Made by a program: the position numbers and the translations under genes. A stretch of 64,000 nt of DNA from the NCBI RefSeq assembly GCF_053078305.1, contig NZ_CP166875.1. One strand, written 5' to 3'. Below, one piece after another: positions 20,034 to 30,494 of the stretch. Numbering within the stretch: position 1 is the stretch's first letter; the number at the start of each line of letters is the position of its first letter. The notes below the pieces were generated by a model. It was not told the DNA's origin, did not search any database, and saw only the letters and a program-made list of their open reading frames with translations. This DNA comes from a plasmid.

Positions 20034-21560
20034 TCACTTTTTTCTCCGTCGTCTGCCACGCGCTCTGCTGCCTGTATTTTTTTCCCGGGATGCCGGCTCA
20101 CTCTGCAATGCCGGGGGAGGTACCTGTTTCAGGAGCTGGCGCAGCACACTGTTGAGGATCAGCGTCCGCCGAGCCCGTGTGGCAGCCACATAGAGCAGGT
20201 TGAGTTCATCCCGCAGTTTCTCTTCAAATTCCTGCACATTGTCCGTTCCCGGCTGCTCAAGCTCCTGAAAATCCTCATGCAGCCTCACTGTGTCCCATTC
20301 CAGGCCTTTGGCCCTGTGCACCGTGGTGACAGTCACGGCAGCAGCCTTTTCGTCACGGACCTCATATTTTCGCAGCGTGGCCACATGTTCCGGCAGCGGC
20401 GAAAACTTCTGAATGATAGCCACTGACTGCAGCATTTCCGCGTCCCGGCTTGCCTTTGCCGTCGCCTCATAGTCAGAGAACGACTCCCACGCAGCAAAGC
20501 GAGCCGGCTCCCGGATTTTTTCCGTCATTCCCACAGAAAACCACCACAGATCCAGCAGGCGGGCAACCGGCCAGGCATTCATACCGTTGATCCAGTATGT
20601 TTTCTGCTTCCTCCGGGCCGCGTGAAGCGCAGCACCAATCACGCCCATCACTGTCCGGCACAGCACCGCACAGTGAGGCATATTCCTCTCGGGTTTCAGC
20701 AACAGACGGTCATCACCGCCAAGCCCACAGACTTTTTTCGTCTCCCCGTCCAGAGCCAGCACAGCATTTGCCACATCTGCCACACAGGGACCGAAACGGA
20801 AACTGCCGGTAAGCCACAGCCTGTCTGCCGTGGCCAGAGAGGGGGTATTCAGCGCATCCACGGCACCCCGGAAGCGATAAATCTGCTGATGTGGATCACC
20901 CACCATCACCAGCGTTCCACGGTGGCGCAGGACCAGGTCGGAGATCACCGGACTGGCGTCCTGGGCTTCATCAAACAGGATTTCATCGTACTTTGCGGAC
21001 AGATCCGGCTGCGAAAGCTGGTACAGCTTCAGATACAGATCATGAACGACCGGAAAGTCATCACTGCGGTCGCACATTCTTTGCCAGAGACGCACGGCCA
21101 GCGGCAGCACCTCTGCTGCGCGCAGTGGCGGCCTGGCACGGACATGCACCTCAGACAACGTCGTGTCCGCACTGTTCATGAAAGCCTGTAGGGTTTCCCT
21201 GACGGCCGCAGCCAACGGCCACTGGCGCAGTGAAAGCGCCCCGGCGATATCAGTAATGCCCAGGGAAGGCACGAGACGGTGGGAGTAATGTCGTCCAAAT
21301 TCCGGCCACGCCAGCTGATGTGCAGTCCGGCAACAGACATTCACCGGGAAGCGTGCCTGAGCCTCCTCCCGGACAGACCGGTTGAATGCGATATAGAGCA
21401 TACGGCGTTCAGGCCGGGCCTGCGCATAAGCCACCAGTGTGGCTGTTTTGCCGGTGCCGGCAAAAGCCCTGACAACCAGTCGCTGTCCCTGCCAGTTAAT
21501 GACAGCCTGTTGTTCAGCGGTCGGAGCGTGACGGATTTTCCTGACCGGGTGCTGAGTCAT
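20034..21560 (-). CDS. UvrD/Rep-family superfamily I helicase-like protein
   Basis: Walker A (AGTGKT), Walker B-like (LFDEAQD) and UvrD C-terminal motif (TVHRAKGLEWDTV); start uncertain. Confidence 0.6.
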   Translation of the reverse strand: MTQHPVRKIRHAPTAEQQAVINWQGQRLVVRAFAGTGKTATLVAYAQARPERRMLYIAFNRSVREEAQARFPVNVCCRTAHQLAWPEFGRHYSHRLVPSLGITDIAGALSLRQWPLAAAVRETLQAFMNSADTTLSEVHVRARPPLRAAEVLPLAVRLWQRMCDRSDDFPVVHDLYLKLYQLSQPDLSAKYDEILFDEAQDASPVISDLVLRHRGTLVMVGDPHQQIYRFRGAVDALNTPSLATADRLWLTGSFRFGPCVADVANAVLALDGETKKVCGLGGDDRLLLKPERNMPHCAVLCRTVMGVIGAALHAARRKQKTYWINGMNAWPVARLLDLWWFSVGMTEKIREPARFAAWESFSDYEATAKASRDAEMLQSVAIIQKFSPLPEHVATLRKYEVRDEKAAAVTVTTVHRAKGLEWDTVRLHEDFQELEQPGTDNVQEFEEKLRDELNLLYVAATRARRTLILNSVLRQLLKQVPPPALQSEPASREKNTGSRARGRRRRKK

Positions 21561-22183
21561 TTTGCCGTTGCGTCCTCCCCGTCCGTCATCCCGGCCAGAG
21601 CGACCTGTTTTTTCTCCCACCGTCGGTCCCGGATGGCCAGCCAGCGTTGAGCATTTTTTGCCTCATCCTCAGAAACCAGCCCGGCAGGCTTACCGTCGAG
21701 GTCATAGCGGGTGGCACCGGTGACAGCGGTACGCAACAGATAGACACGGCGGGAGGTGATACAGGATACGGCACAGTCCCATTCATCCCGGGTGAGTCCG
21801 GCTTCAGGGTGCTCAGCCAGCCAGGCAGGAATATCGCGGGAGATACCGACCCTGAGAGGCAGAAAACCGCCGCCTTCAGCGCGAAGATGCGGGAAAATCG
21901 CCTTGACCTTTTCCATGCACTGGTCGGTGAACTCCCGTGTCCAGTGCTCTCTGAGGGGTCTGCGTGGTGGTCTTCCTTTCCTTTTTTTTCCGACGGCAGC
22001 AGGCGCAGGAGACGCATCCTGGATGGGGGCTGGCAGCTGCTCATCAGCAGCAGCCGGTGGTGCCCCCACTTCCGGTACAGGCGAAATGACAGTCTCTGTT
22101 TTATCGACGACAGGTGGTGGTGAAATAACGCGACGTTTTTTCACCACAATGACGGGCGTTTTCTTTTCCTGATTCCTGGCCAT
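21557..22183 (-). CDS. ProQ/FinO-family RNA-binding protein (FopA-like)
   Basis: C-terminal region matches the ProQ/FinO pattern (FPxLRAEGGGFLPLRVGISRDI...SRRVYL...ATRYDLDGKPAG); paralog at 53208-53789. Confidence 0.6.
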   Translation of the reverse strand: MARNQEKKTPVIVVKKRRVISPPPVVDKTETVISPVPEVGAPPAAADEQLPAPIQDASPAPAAVGKKRKGRPPRRPLREHWTREFTDQCMEKVKAIFPHLRAEGGGFLPLRVGISRDIPAWLAEHPEAGLTRDEWDCAVSCITSRRVYLLRTAVTGATRYDLDGKPAGLVSEDEAKNAQRWLAIRDRRWEKKQVALAGMTDGEDATAK

Positions 22184-22635
22184 TAATACCCCGACAAGAT
22201 TAAATTCTGGTTAACGATATCATTATACAGCGAATAATATAATTATGGTTCACGTATTATTATCCGTGACTCTTTCCTGGTAACTCCCGCATAATAACTT
22301 CACTTTTCCAGTATTCCAGAAGATGATGTTTTTTCCTCGATAATAAAAATGTGCCAATATGGAAATAAGAAATCGGATTTTTTATCAGCATACGCAAATT
22401 TTCAGATAACAATGAATACAGATGTATTTTATATACACAGATAAAACCGCGCAACAGACATAAATATGACAGTAGCATGAAAAAGCAGAGAGAGACAGGG
22501 TGATACAGAAAAGTAACTATTTTTTTAGCTATAGTATTATTGGTTTTACCTATTTTCGTGATTGTGTTTCTGTATATTGGGGGTTCGCGCCCATTTCCTC
22601 TAAAAGTCTCACCTTGCTTAGGTAATTAATTGAAT

Positions 22636-23217
22636 TTATTTATAAAACGTTGCAATTTTAGCATCATTTTTTATTGTTCTTTTTAACCTGAAGTACGTCG
22701 ATCGAGAGATACCTGTTTTTTCTGTCACACTGCCCAGAGATTCTCCCTGTGATATAAGCTCCAACGCTGTAGGCGTTCGTGGATGCTTCTTCCTGCCAAA
22801 TTTTACGCCTGCGGCAAGTGCCGCTATTCTTCCGTCGTTTGTCCGCTCCAGAATACGCTCACGTTCCGCTTCAGCTACAGCAGCAAGGATTTGGATAACC
22901 ATTTTGCCCATTGTCCCTTCTGTACTGAGACCGTTCTCCAGGAACCGGATGGCGATCCCCTTTTTGTAACAGCTATCAACCACACGAATCATGTCAGCAG
23001 TGTTACGCCCCAGTCGGTCCATTTTTGTACAGATGATTACGTCGTCTTTCTCTGCACGGGCCAACAACCGCTGTAGTCCTTCCCGTTCATCAGTTGCGCC
23101 AGTCATCATATCCGTAAAAATACGATCTTCCCGTACCCCGGCATTTTTTAGCTCCGAGATTTGATGTGTTAGCTTCTGATGACTGGTTGATACCCGTGCA
23201 TACCCCAATAACGCCAT
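22636..23217 (-). CDS. tnpR: Serine recombinase / resolvase
   Basis: N-terminal catalytic serine motif (GYARVSTSHQ), C-terminal HTH; divergent from the transposase gene. Confidence 0.85.
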   Translation of the reverse strand: MALLGYARVSTSHQKLTHQISELKNAGVREDRIFTDMMTGATDEREGLQRLLARAEKDDVIICTKMDRLGRNTADMIRVVDSCYKKGIAIRFLENGLSTEGTMGKMVIQILAAVAEAERERILERTNDGRIAALAAGVKFGRKKHPRTPTALELISQGESLGSVTEKTGISRSTYFRLKRTIKNDAKIATFYK

Positions 23218-23373
23218 TTTTAGTCTCACTTATCGTTTTTGACACTGCATGGTATCATAATGTACAAAATACGATTTTTGAAACCTGCTTTTATGCTGTT
23301 TTAGACAGGTATCAGATATCTTAATATTTGATACTAGCCATATTTAACAAATATTTAGCATTTTGGTAAATGT

Positions 23374-26300
23374 ATGCAGAAGTACAAGAAAAGAATTAGT
23401 ATATTAACAAAAAGTGAAATAAATGAATTATATCAAGTCCCCTCTTTTAATCCTGTTGAAAGGGATGAGTTTTTTTCGCTGGATATCAGCCTTAAAAGAG
23501 AAATTGATAAAATAATAAATATAGAAAGCAGGGTGTATCTGATATTAATAACAGGGTATTTCAGATATAAACCTGTGATTCCTGAATTTACATTAAAAGA
23601 CGTAAAAAGGGATGTGAAATATATTATCCAGACATATTATAAAAACGAAAGTACTAATCTCAATTTAAACATACCTAAAAGTACAAAGTACCGCCTTGTT
23701 AAACGAATGCTTTCTACTCTAGGATTTGAACAACTCACCCCATCTATAAAAAATGAGTTAAGTGAACGTCTGAATGATGTTGCTACTATATGTATGGAAC
23801 CAAAATATATTTTTGATGAATTACTTGCTTTTTTAGGACAGCGGCGTATAGCTCTTCCTGGATACAGTACTGTCCAGAACCTCGTTTCAGATGCTTTAAA
23901 CTTTGAAAGGAAAAGGACAATTAATATTTTGTCAAAGAGAATTTATCCTGCCACTGCACAAAAGATTACATCCATCATCCATGATGATGGAATATTAAAT
24001 TCCATCAGGGGATATAATTATAGCACGAGAGACTTCTCAGCATCAGAAATAGAAAATGAATTAAGAACTCACAATGTGATAAGTAGTATTTACTATGAAA
24101 TAAAAGATATAATTAATTCATTAGGTATATCCCAGGGAAACATGGAGTACTATGCAACTATCGTAAAACACAGTACAACATTCAGACTTAAGCGACACCC
24201 TAAATGGCAAGGAATACTTTATTTGTGCTGCTACTTGTACTTCAGATACAGAGAGATAAATGATAAAATAATCACAGCCTTCAGATATTTAGTAAAAAAA
24301 CATAAAGACGCTTCAGTTTTGTTTGCAAAAGCTCGGGCAACAGAGGAAATAGATCTAATAAATAAAAAGCTTAAGTTTGCGAGTAAAATATTTAACTTCT
24401 TCGTTGATAGTAACATTGAAGACAGCATCCCTTTTGGATATGTTCGTGAAAAGGTTTTTTCACTTATATCGAAAGATGATATGCATCTTGTGAGTGAATT
24501 TTTTGACAAAAATAAAATCGATGTAATTGAATATCAATGGCAGTATATTGACAGCCATCACCTTAAGATCGCCAATTCAATCCGAAAGCTTTTTCTGGCT
24601 ATAGATATAGTATATGACAACGAGAAGTCTGTTATTGGCCAGCAAATTACTGCTGCCAAGGATGATCTCAGAGGAAAAGGAAAGCTGGATGCTAAGGATC
24701 TGAGGGTAATTCATCCATCCGAGAAAAATTACATTGTAAAAGAAGGAGAAATTAACACTCAACGATTCGAATTTCATATGTACAGCAGGGTATCTAACCA
24801 TCTGGAAAACGGTGTCTTTTATGCTGCGGAGAGTGAACAAAACAAGAGACTGGAAGATGATCTCATAGAACGAAGTTACTGGCATAAGAATAAATCGATT
24901 TTGATAGAGAAAACAGGCCTTGAACGACTTATCACACCAATAACGCAGACTCTTAATGAGCTGGAGAATACCTTTAGCGATAAACTGGCTCGTATAACCA
25001 TTGGAATAAACTCAGATGCTAATGAGTTTGTGAAAAAACAACCACACTCCAACAGATTACAGTGGAGTCTGGCCAGTAAAAAATGGAAGACCAGCATCGA
25101 TAATCCGATTTACAATCAGATAAAAAATATCGGAATAGTTGACGTAATGAAGTATGTAAACAATGAGACGAATTTTTTGTCTGTGTTTAATGCCATATCA
25201 TCCAGGAAAAATAATCTTGAAGCTGACTATAATGACCTTCTTGCCTGTATATTTGGTAATGGCGCAAATTATGGTGTTCACAGAATGGCATCTGCATCAG
25301 ACCGTAGTATTGGAATACTACGTGATGTGAATGACAAATTCATTCGTCCAGAAACAACAGGAATGGCCAACACAGTAATATCTGATGCAATTGCAAATCT
25401 TTCTGTATATAAATACTGGACGATAAATGAAGATTCTCCATTTGGAAGTGTTGATGGGCAGAAGCACACTTGCAGAATAAATACATTTAAAGCCCGTTAT
25501 TCTGCCAAGTATTTCAGAAAGGGGAAAGGGGTTTCTGCGATGACACTGGTATCTAATCATGTGCCATTATCAACTGTGGTAATTTCTCCAAATGAATATG
25601 AAGGTCATTTTGCATTTGACTTGTTATATAACAACACCAGTGAAATACAACCAAAGTCATTAGCGACTGACAATCATGGTATAAACAACGTTAATTTTGC
25701 GATTCTTGACATTTTTGGCTATCAGTTTTCACCACGTTATGCAAAATTCAAGAAAATATTTAATGAATTATTTGATGTTATACTGGAGAGTGATAAACTC
25801 ATTATAAAACTTAAAAAACAATTTAACTTTAAGCTCATTGAACATGAATGGGAAAACATCCAACATATTATTTGTTCTTTAAGCAGAAAAACAACCATTC
25901 AAAGTACGGTTGTTAAGAAGTTATCTAATACAAAGCGTAGCAACAAGACATTAGCAGCACTTCGGGAGTATGACCGAGTTATAAAATGCATATATGTCCT
26001 GGATTATGCTGACAATAAAACCTTAAGGCAATTTGTGCAACAAGCACTGAACAGAGGTGAAGCTTATCATCAACTAAGAAGAGCAATAGCATCAGTAAAT
26101 GGAAATCAATTTCGCGGTGGTAATGACTACCAAATAGATCAATGGAACGACTGTGCGAGGTTAATAGCTAATTGTGTAATCTATTATAATTCAGCAATAT
26201 TATCCAGGCTGGTCGAGAAATTTGAAAAAGAAAATAATAAAAAAGCGATAGATGTTCTGGCTAACTTATCCCCAGTAGCATGGAGACACATTCTCCTTGG

Positions 26301-26412
26301 AGGGAATTATTCTTTTGAAGATCAAGTTGCGATCACAAATTTGGACAGTCTTTTGGAGGGAGTAGACCCACTAAGTGATATCGGAGATATTGAGTCCGAA
26401 TATGACGGTTAA
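23374..26412 (+). CDS. tnpA: Tn3-family DDE transposase
   Basis: 1012 aa, size and organisation typical of Tn3-family TnpA; AT-rich codon usage unlike the backbone. Confidence 0.8.
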   Translation: MQKYKKRISILTKSEINELYQVPSFNPVERDEFFSLDISLKREIDKIINIESRVYLILITGYFRYKPVIPEFTLKDVKRDVKYIIQTYYKNESTNLNLNIPKSTKYRLVKRMLSTLGFEQLTPSIKNELSERLNDVATICMEPKYIFDELLAFLGQRRIALPGYSTVQNLVSDALNFERKRTINILSKRIYPATAQKITSIIHDDGILNSIRGYNYSTRDFSASEIENELRTHNVISSIYYEIKDIINSLGISQGNMEYYATIVKHSTTFRLKRHPKWQGILYLCCYLYFRYREINDKIITAFRYLVKKHKDASVLFAKARATEEIDLINKKLKFASKIFNFFVDSNIEDSIPFGYVREKVFSLISKDDMHLVSEFFDKNKIDVIEYQWQYIDSHHLKIANSIRKLFLAIDIVYDNEKSVIGQQITAAKDDLRGKGKLDAKDLRVIHPSEKNYIVKEGEINTQRFEFHMYSRVSNHLENGVFYAAESEQNKRLEDDLIERSYWHKNKSILIEKTGLERLITPITQTLNELENTFSDKLARITIGINSDANEFVKKQPHSNRLQWSLASKKWKTSIDNPIYNQIKNIGIVDVMKYVNNETNFLSVFNAISSRKNNLEADYNDLLACIFGNGANYGVHRMASASDRSIGILRDVNDKFIRPETTGMANTVISDAIANLSVYKYWTINEDSPFGSVDGQKHTCRINTFKARYSAKYFRKGKGVSAMTLVSNHVPLSTVVISPNEYEGHFAFDLLYNNTSEIQPKSLATDNHGINNVNFAILDIFGYQFSPRYAKFKKIFNELFDVILESDKLIIKLKKQFNFKLIEHEWENIQHIICSLSRKTTIQSTVVKKLSNTKRSNKTLAALREYDRVIKCIYVLDYADNKTLRQFVQQALNRGEAYHQLRRAIASVNGNQFRGGNDYQIDQWNDCARLIANCVIYYNSAILSRLVEKFEKENNKKAIDVLANLSPVAWRHILLGGNYSFEDQVAITNLDSLLEGVDPLSDIGDIESEYDG

Positions 26413-26478
26413 CAACATGATAAATAATGGTTTTTATGCTAAGAGTGAGACTTTTGGAGGAAATGGGCGCAGAACCCC

Positions 26479-26702
26479 TGTATCTGCCGTTCGGTTTTTG
26501 CACGAAGTTTTTCTGAGCTTTTACCGAACTGCATACGTTGCAGTTTCGCAACCAGCGCCTTCAGCCGGTTGATTTCGGAAGCATAAGCCGCCACCCGCTG
26601 TGAGAGCAGGCGGTTGTATTCAGCCATCTGGCGGATGGTGTCCTGTTGCGTCTGCAACAGTGCCCGCAGGCGGGCGTTCTCATGAGCAAGTGAGGTGTCC
26701 AT
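26479..26702 (-). pseudogene. IS66-family transposase TnpC, N-terminal fragment
   Basis: MDTSLAHENARLRALLQ... N-terminus typical of IS66 TnpC; reading frame continues into the transposon inverted repeat. Confidence 0.7.
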
Positions 26703-26721
26703 ATCCTCACTTTACAACGGG

Positions 26722-27069
26722 TTATATGCGGATTCCAGCGCGTTCCGTTCGTTTCGGGTGCTTCCAGTTGATACCTTCAAGAAGCATGGATAACTGAGCC
26801 GGAGTAAGGTGCACCTTGCCGTCACGGGTGACTGGCCAGACGAAGCGGCCCCGCTCCAGGCGTTTGGTGAAGAGGCACAGTCCGTCACTGTCAGCCCACA
26901 ACACTTTTATCTGGTCACCCCGGCGTCCGCGGAAGATGAACAGGTGTCCGGAGAACGGGTCATCCTTCAGGACGTTCTGAACTTTTGATGCCAGGCCGTT
27001 AAAGCCATTTCGCATATCGGTGATACCTGCAACCAGCCAGATACGCGAACCTGCAGGGAGAGATATCAT
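26722..27069 (-). CDS. IS66-family accessory protein TnpB (orfB)
   Basis: 115 aa with conserved IS66 orfB sequence (WLVAGITDMRNGFNGLA...). Confidence 0.75.
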   Translation of the reverse strand: MISLPAGSRIWLVAGITDMRNGFNGLASKVQNVLKDDPFSGHLFIFRGRRGDQIKVLWADSDGLCLFTKRLERGRFVWPVTRDGKVHLTPAQLSMLLEGINWKHPKRTERAGIRI

Positions 27070-27746
27070 CAGTGGCTGCTCCCTTTTATTTCGCGGATAA
27101 GTGTCTGTAATAACGCCGGCGTCAGTTTACCTTTAAGCCTGAGAGTTCCGGCCGGCAGAACCAGCTCACAACACAGACTGTCGGACGGTGTATTTATCTG
27201 CTCTGGTTCCTGTGCGGGGGCCGGGATTTTATTATCCGGCTCCGGCGTTAACGTCACGGGAAGCAGTGCCGGCATATTTTTTCCGGAAGGCAGCAGGCCA
27301 CCTTTCCGGTATTGATGGCGCCAGTTGAAGAGCAGGTTATCGTTGATTCCGTTTTCCCGGGCGATCTGCGCCACACAGGCTCCGGGCTGCAGTGACTGCT
27401 CCACTAAGGCGATTTTAAACTCATAAGGGAAGTTGGGCCGCCGGGGACGTTTTTTTACCACGGGGGCTTCGGATATAACGGTGCTTTCAGGACGTACGAC
27501 TGGTACCGTGGAAAATTGTCCGTAAAGGCAGGCATCAAGTTCCTGCTCCGACATGCCTGCGGGCAAAGGCCACGAAAGGCCAGCTCTCCGAAAGCGCACG
27601 AACATACTACAAACTGTTGATTTTGGTACACCCAGGCGACGCCCGGCCACAACCCGGGGTAAATGTTCTTCAAAGTGAAGACGTAAAGCTTCAGTGATCC
27701 AGGTCCGGTGTTTCATACGATAGTGTCCATTAAAAATGATGGACAT
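27069..27746 (-). CDS. IS66-family accessory protein TnpA (orfA), extended form
   Basis: Contains the conserved KRPRRPNFPYEFKIALVEQSLQPGA...NLLFNWRHQYR block. Confidence 0.7.
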   Translation of the reverse strand: MSIIFNGHYRMKHRTWITEALRLHFEEHLPRVVAGRRLGVPKSTVCSMFVRFRRAGLSWPLPAGMSEQELDACLYGQFSTVPVVRPESTVISEAPVVKKRPRRPNFPYEFKIALVEQSLQPGACVAQIARENGINDNLLFNWRHQYRKGGLLPSGKNMPALLPVTLTPEPDNKIPAPAQEPEQINTPSDSLCCELVLPAGTLRLKGKLTPALLQTLIREIKGSSH

Positions 27747-27997
27747 TATTTTTGTAGAGCCGGAGGAAACAGACCAGACGGTTTAAATGAGCCGGTTACA
27801 AACAAATTCGCTTCATAAATTTCATAGTGCAGACCACATCCCCAATGAGCCTGCTTTTCCAGCCTGCTGATCACCACATCAGCCCGGATAACATCAAAGG
27901 GATTGCGGGAATGAATATTACGAATAAAGCCATCGGTACGTGCTGCTGACATATTTCTGCCCATCTTTAATACACCTCTGTTTTTTGCCCCCATCAT
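27746..27997 (-). CDS. Hypothetical protein, possibly 3'-truncated by the IS66 insertion
   Basis: ORF ends exactly where IS66 orfA begins; located downstream of repeat A3. Confidence 0.25.
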   Translation of the reverse strand: MMGAKNRGVLKMGRNMSAARTDGFIRNIHSRNPFDVIRADVVISRLEKQAHWGCGLHYEIYEANLFVTGSFKPSGLFPPALQK

Positions 27998-28089
27998 CTG
28001 TTGAGTTTCGGGAGCCGCGGTTTTGACGTTTTGCGGGGACCTGCCTTTTGTTCCCTCCGGTATTCACCATCACCTGTTTGAGAACCTTC

Positions 28090-28490
28090 GCCGCAAGGGG
28101 CATCACTGCCACGGCCGGAAACGACTGTCCGGGGGCAGACCGCAAAAGTTTTTGCCTGCTTTTGGGCAAAAAGTTTTGCGGGATGTGCATTTCACCCCTG
28201 GACTGGCGGAGACGGTTGTGGCTGTCTTTGCCCCCGGCGACAGGGGCTTAAACAGGTGTATGGCACCGGACACAACAACGGGCAGGGACCCGCCGCAACG
28301 ACGAAGAGCGCGTGCGCGAAACGGCGTTGCCCCTTACATCCCGGCGGCCTTTTGCCGGGATGCCAGGAGCGCAGGCCACGGCGCGACAGAGGCGGCGCGA
28401 CCGGAACGGTCGCTGCAAGCCCGGGGTTTCGCGTCAGGGATGGAAGCCCGCCAGGGCGGAGACAGCTTCGCTGGCTCCGTTCACGACAGC
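28090..28490 (-). repeat. Repeat family A copy 3 (partial, more divergent)
   Basis: Shares the ctgtccgggggcagac...gcaaaagttttt and ggcgcgaccggaacggtcgctgcaagcc blocks. Confidence 0.5.
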
Positions 28491-28856
28491 CCGCCCCGCC
28501 TGGGGGACGCCCGGAAAAGGCATAAGCAGGAGAACAACAAAACAGACAATAATCAGGGCAGCAGTAATCAGAGTCAGAACAGGAGGAAAAAGAGAATAAT
28601 CAAAGGGAAGGTGATGTGATTTCCGACAGGTCATAAACAGAGAAGGCGGGGGAAAAGAACGGGCGCCGCAGGCGCGCGTTCATCCCCGTTCCCGGAGGGA
28701 ATCGGCCTTCCTGGCAGTCTGGTTGTTCATGCTGCTGCAATGTCAGCAAGGAGAAAGGGGCCACCGGCGAACCAGCAGCCCCTTTATAAAGGCGCTTCAG
28801 TGCAGTCAGACCAGCATCAGCCCTGAAAAGGCGGGCCTGCGCCCGCCTCCAGGTTG

Positions 28857-29015
28857 CTACTTACCGGATTCGTAAGCCATGAAAGCCGCCACCTCCCTGT
28901 ATCCGTCTCTGTAACGAATCTCGCACAGCGATTTTCGTGTCAGATAAGTAAATATCAACAGTGTGAGACACACAATCAACACACACCAGACAAGAGAGCT
29001 GCGTGGTAGTTTCAT
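28857..29015 (-). CDS. hok: Hok/Gef-family type I toxin (FlmA/Hok-like)
   Basis: 52 aa [52 protein letters not shown]; adjacent to psiA. Confidence 0.85.
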
Positions 29016-29289
29016 GGCCTTCTTCTCCTTGCGCAAAGCGCGGTAAGAGGCTATCCTGATGTTGTCAGACATATGGGATGCCTCGTGGGTTAATGAAAAA
29101 TTAACTACGGGGCTATCTTCTTTCTGCCACACAACACGGTAACAAACCACCTTCACGTCATGAGGCAGAAAGCCTCAAGCGCCGGGCACATCATAGCCCA
29201 TATACCTGCACGCTGACCACACTCACTTTTCCTGAAAATAACCCGCTCATTCAGGCTGTTTACGGGTAATCTGTGTGATTGTTGCCGCA

Positions 29290-30009
29290 TCACGCCGCCT
29301 CCCGGAGTTTGTTCGGCACCATCCACCGCTCCATCTCACGGACAGCGTGACCCGCCTCCCTTGCTGCCATACCTGCCTCTGCGATGACCTGCCAGAATGG
29401 CATATCCTGCCACTGCCAGCGTTCCATCCCGGCCAGTGACGGAAAACGCTCACCCCACTGCCAGAACAGGGTTTCCAGGTCATGCTCTGCCACCCGGTCA
29501 CTCCAGCGTGCATACCAGCTTCCGACTGTTTCCGGTGAATGGAACGCCAGTTCGATTTCAGCCTGAGCGACCAGCGTCTGGTACGCACGGGCTTTCTGCT
29601 CTGCCTCCCGTGCCTGCTGGCGGCTGTACTTCTGCATGACCAGCACGGATTTATGGCGACTGCGTTCCCTGACACGGAACCGCACCGACGGGAACAACCG
29701 CTCTGCTGCATCACCGGGAAGGGGAAGGAGGCAGACCTCGCCCTGTGTTTCAATCAGCACATCGACGGCATACAGCCACTGAGAACGGTTGCCGCGCAGT
29801 TCTTCTGCGGTCAGGGACGGCATGAAAAATCGCAGGTCAGACAGCGAAATCCTGCGGCTTCCGTTCAGACAGCGGAAAAACGCCCCCGCATACGGATATT
29901 CCGCCAGCGTGTTACCCTGGTGGCGGCGTTTTTCTGTCTCCGCCACCGCCCGCCATGCGGCCTGTTGCTCTGTGCTGAGAGGAACCAGTGCCTGTGAACG
30001 TGCGCTCAT
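29290..30009 (-). CDS. psiA: Plasmid SOS inhibition protein PsiA
   Basis: 239 aa with the recognised PsiA N-terminus ([24 protein letters not shown]). Confidence 0.9.
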   Translation of the reverse strand: MSARSQALVPLSTEQQAAWRAVAETEKRRHQGNTLAEYPYAGAFFRCLNGSRRISLSDLRFFMPSLTAEELRGNRSQWLYAVDVLIETQGEVCLLPLPGDAAERLFPSVRFRVRERSRHKSVLVMQKYSRQQAREAEQKARAYQTLVAQAEIELAFHSPETVGSWYARWSDRVAEHDLETLFWQWGERFPSLAGMERWQWQDMPFWQVIAEAGMAAREAGHAVREMERWMVPNKLREAA

Positions 30010-30443
30010 GCCTGACCTCCTTCCGCCATCAGGATATGGATGATGTCACTGACGCTGTATCCCTGTTCATCCAGTGATGCCGCCAGTGCCAGTGAATGGC
30101 TGACAGCTTCCGGTGCAAACCGCCGCTGCACCTGAACCACCGCAAACGGCTCACCACCGGCATTCACCAGAACCAGCACCCAGACCTGAGAGACATCGCC
30201 CGGTGAACATAACGCCAGGTGAAAACGTTCGTGGGCAGGCGTGAAACGGACCTGGACGGGGAAAAAGCCGCCGAACTCGCTGCCGTACTCGCCATTCATC
30301 GTCCAGTTGTCCGGCGCATCCAGTTCCCGCATCACGGCGTGTGTCAGCTCACGGCGTTCATCACTTCCGGCAGCCCGGATATCTTCATATTCCTGTGCGC
30401 TCATGGTCTGTAATACATTCAGGGTCAGTTCAGTTTTCATCAC
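30006..30443 (-). CDS. psiB: Plasmid SOS inhibition protein PsiB
   Basis: 145 aa with the recognised PsiB sequence; overlaps psiA start. Confidence 0.9.
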   Translation of the reverse strand: MMKTELTLNVLQTMSAQEYEDIRAAGSDERRELTHAVMRELDAPDNWTMNGEYGSEFGGFFPVQVRFTPAHERFHLALCSPGDVSQVWVLVLVNAGGEPFAVVQVQRRFAPEAVSHSLALAASLDEQGYSVSDIIHILMAEGGQA

Positions 30444-30494
30444 GGTATCTCCCTTGCTGCCGCCCCGTCTCCGGCGGGGCGGTGTGGTTGTTCA

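Larger units (their letters stand above)
22579..26478 (+). mobile_element. Tn3-family element copy 1 (resolvase + transposase, about 3.9 kb, 38-40 bp terminal inverted repeats beginning GGGGTTC)
   Basis: Identity with copy 2 begins and ends exactly at the inverted repeats; no matching 5-bp target duplication seen. Confidence 0.8.
26479..27800 (-). mobile_element. IS66-family element remnant, truncated by Tn3-family copy 1
   Basis: orfA and orfB intact, tnpC only as an N-terminal fragment ending at the transposon terminus; outer boundary not determined. Confidence 0.65.

Noticed and set aside
22260-22578. AT-rich block left of Tn3-family copy 1 as part of the transposon
   Set aside because: Identity with copy 2 starts only at the GGGG terminus, so this is the upstream region of the ProQ/FinO-like gene, not transposon sequence.
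24231-25560. Minus-strand ORFs inside the Tn3-family transposase (and the identical set at 44721-46050)
   Set aside because: Antisense shadow ORFs in an AT-rich gene.
28857-29156. The 99 aa ORF extending upstream of hok as the real gene
   Set aside because: The conserved Hok toxin is the C-terminal 52 aa; the in-frame extension is probably leader sequence, and Mok-type reading frames normally overlap in another frame.
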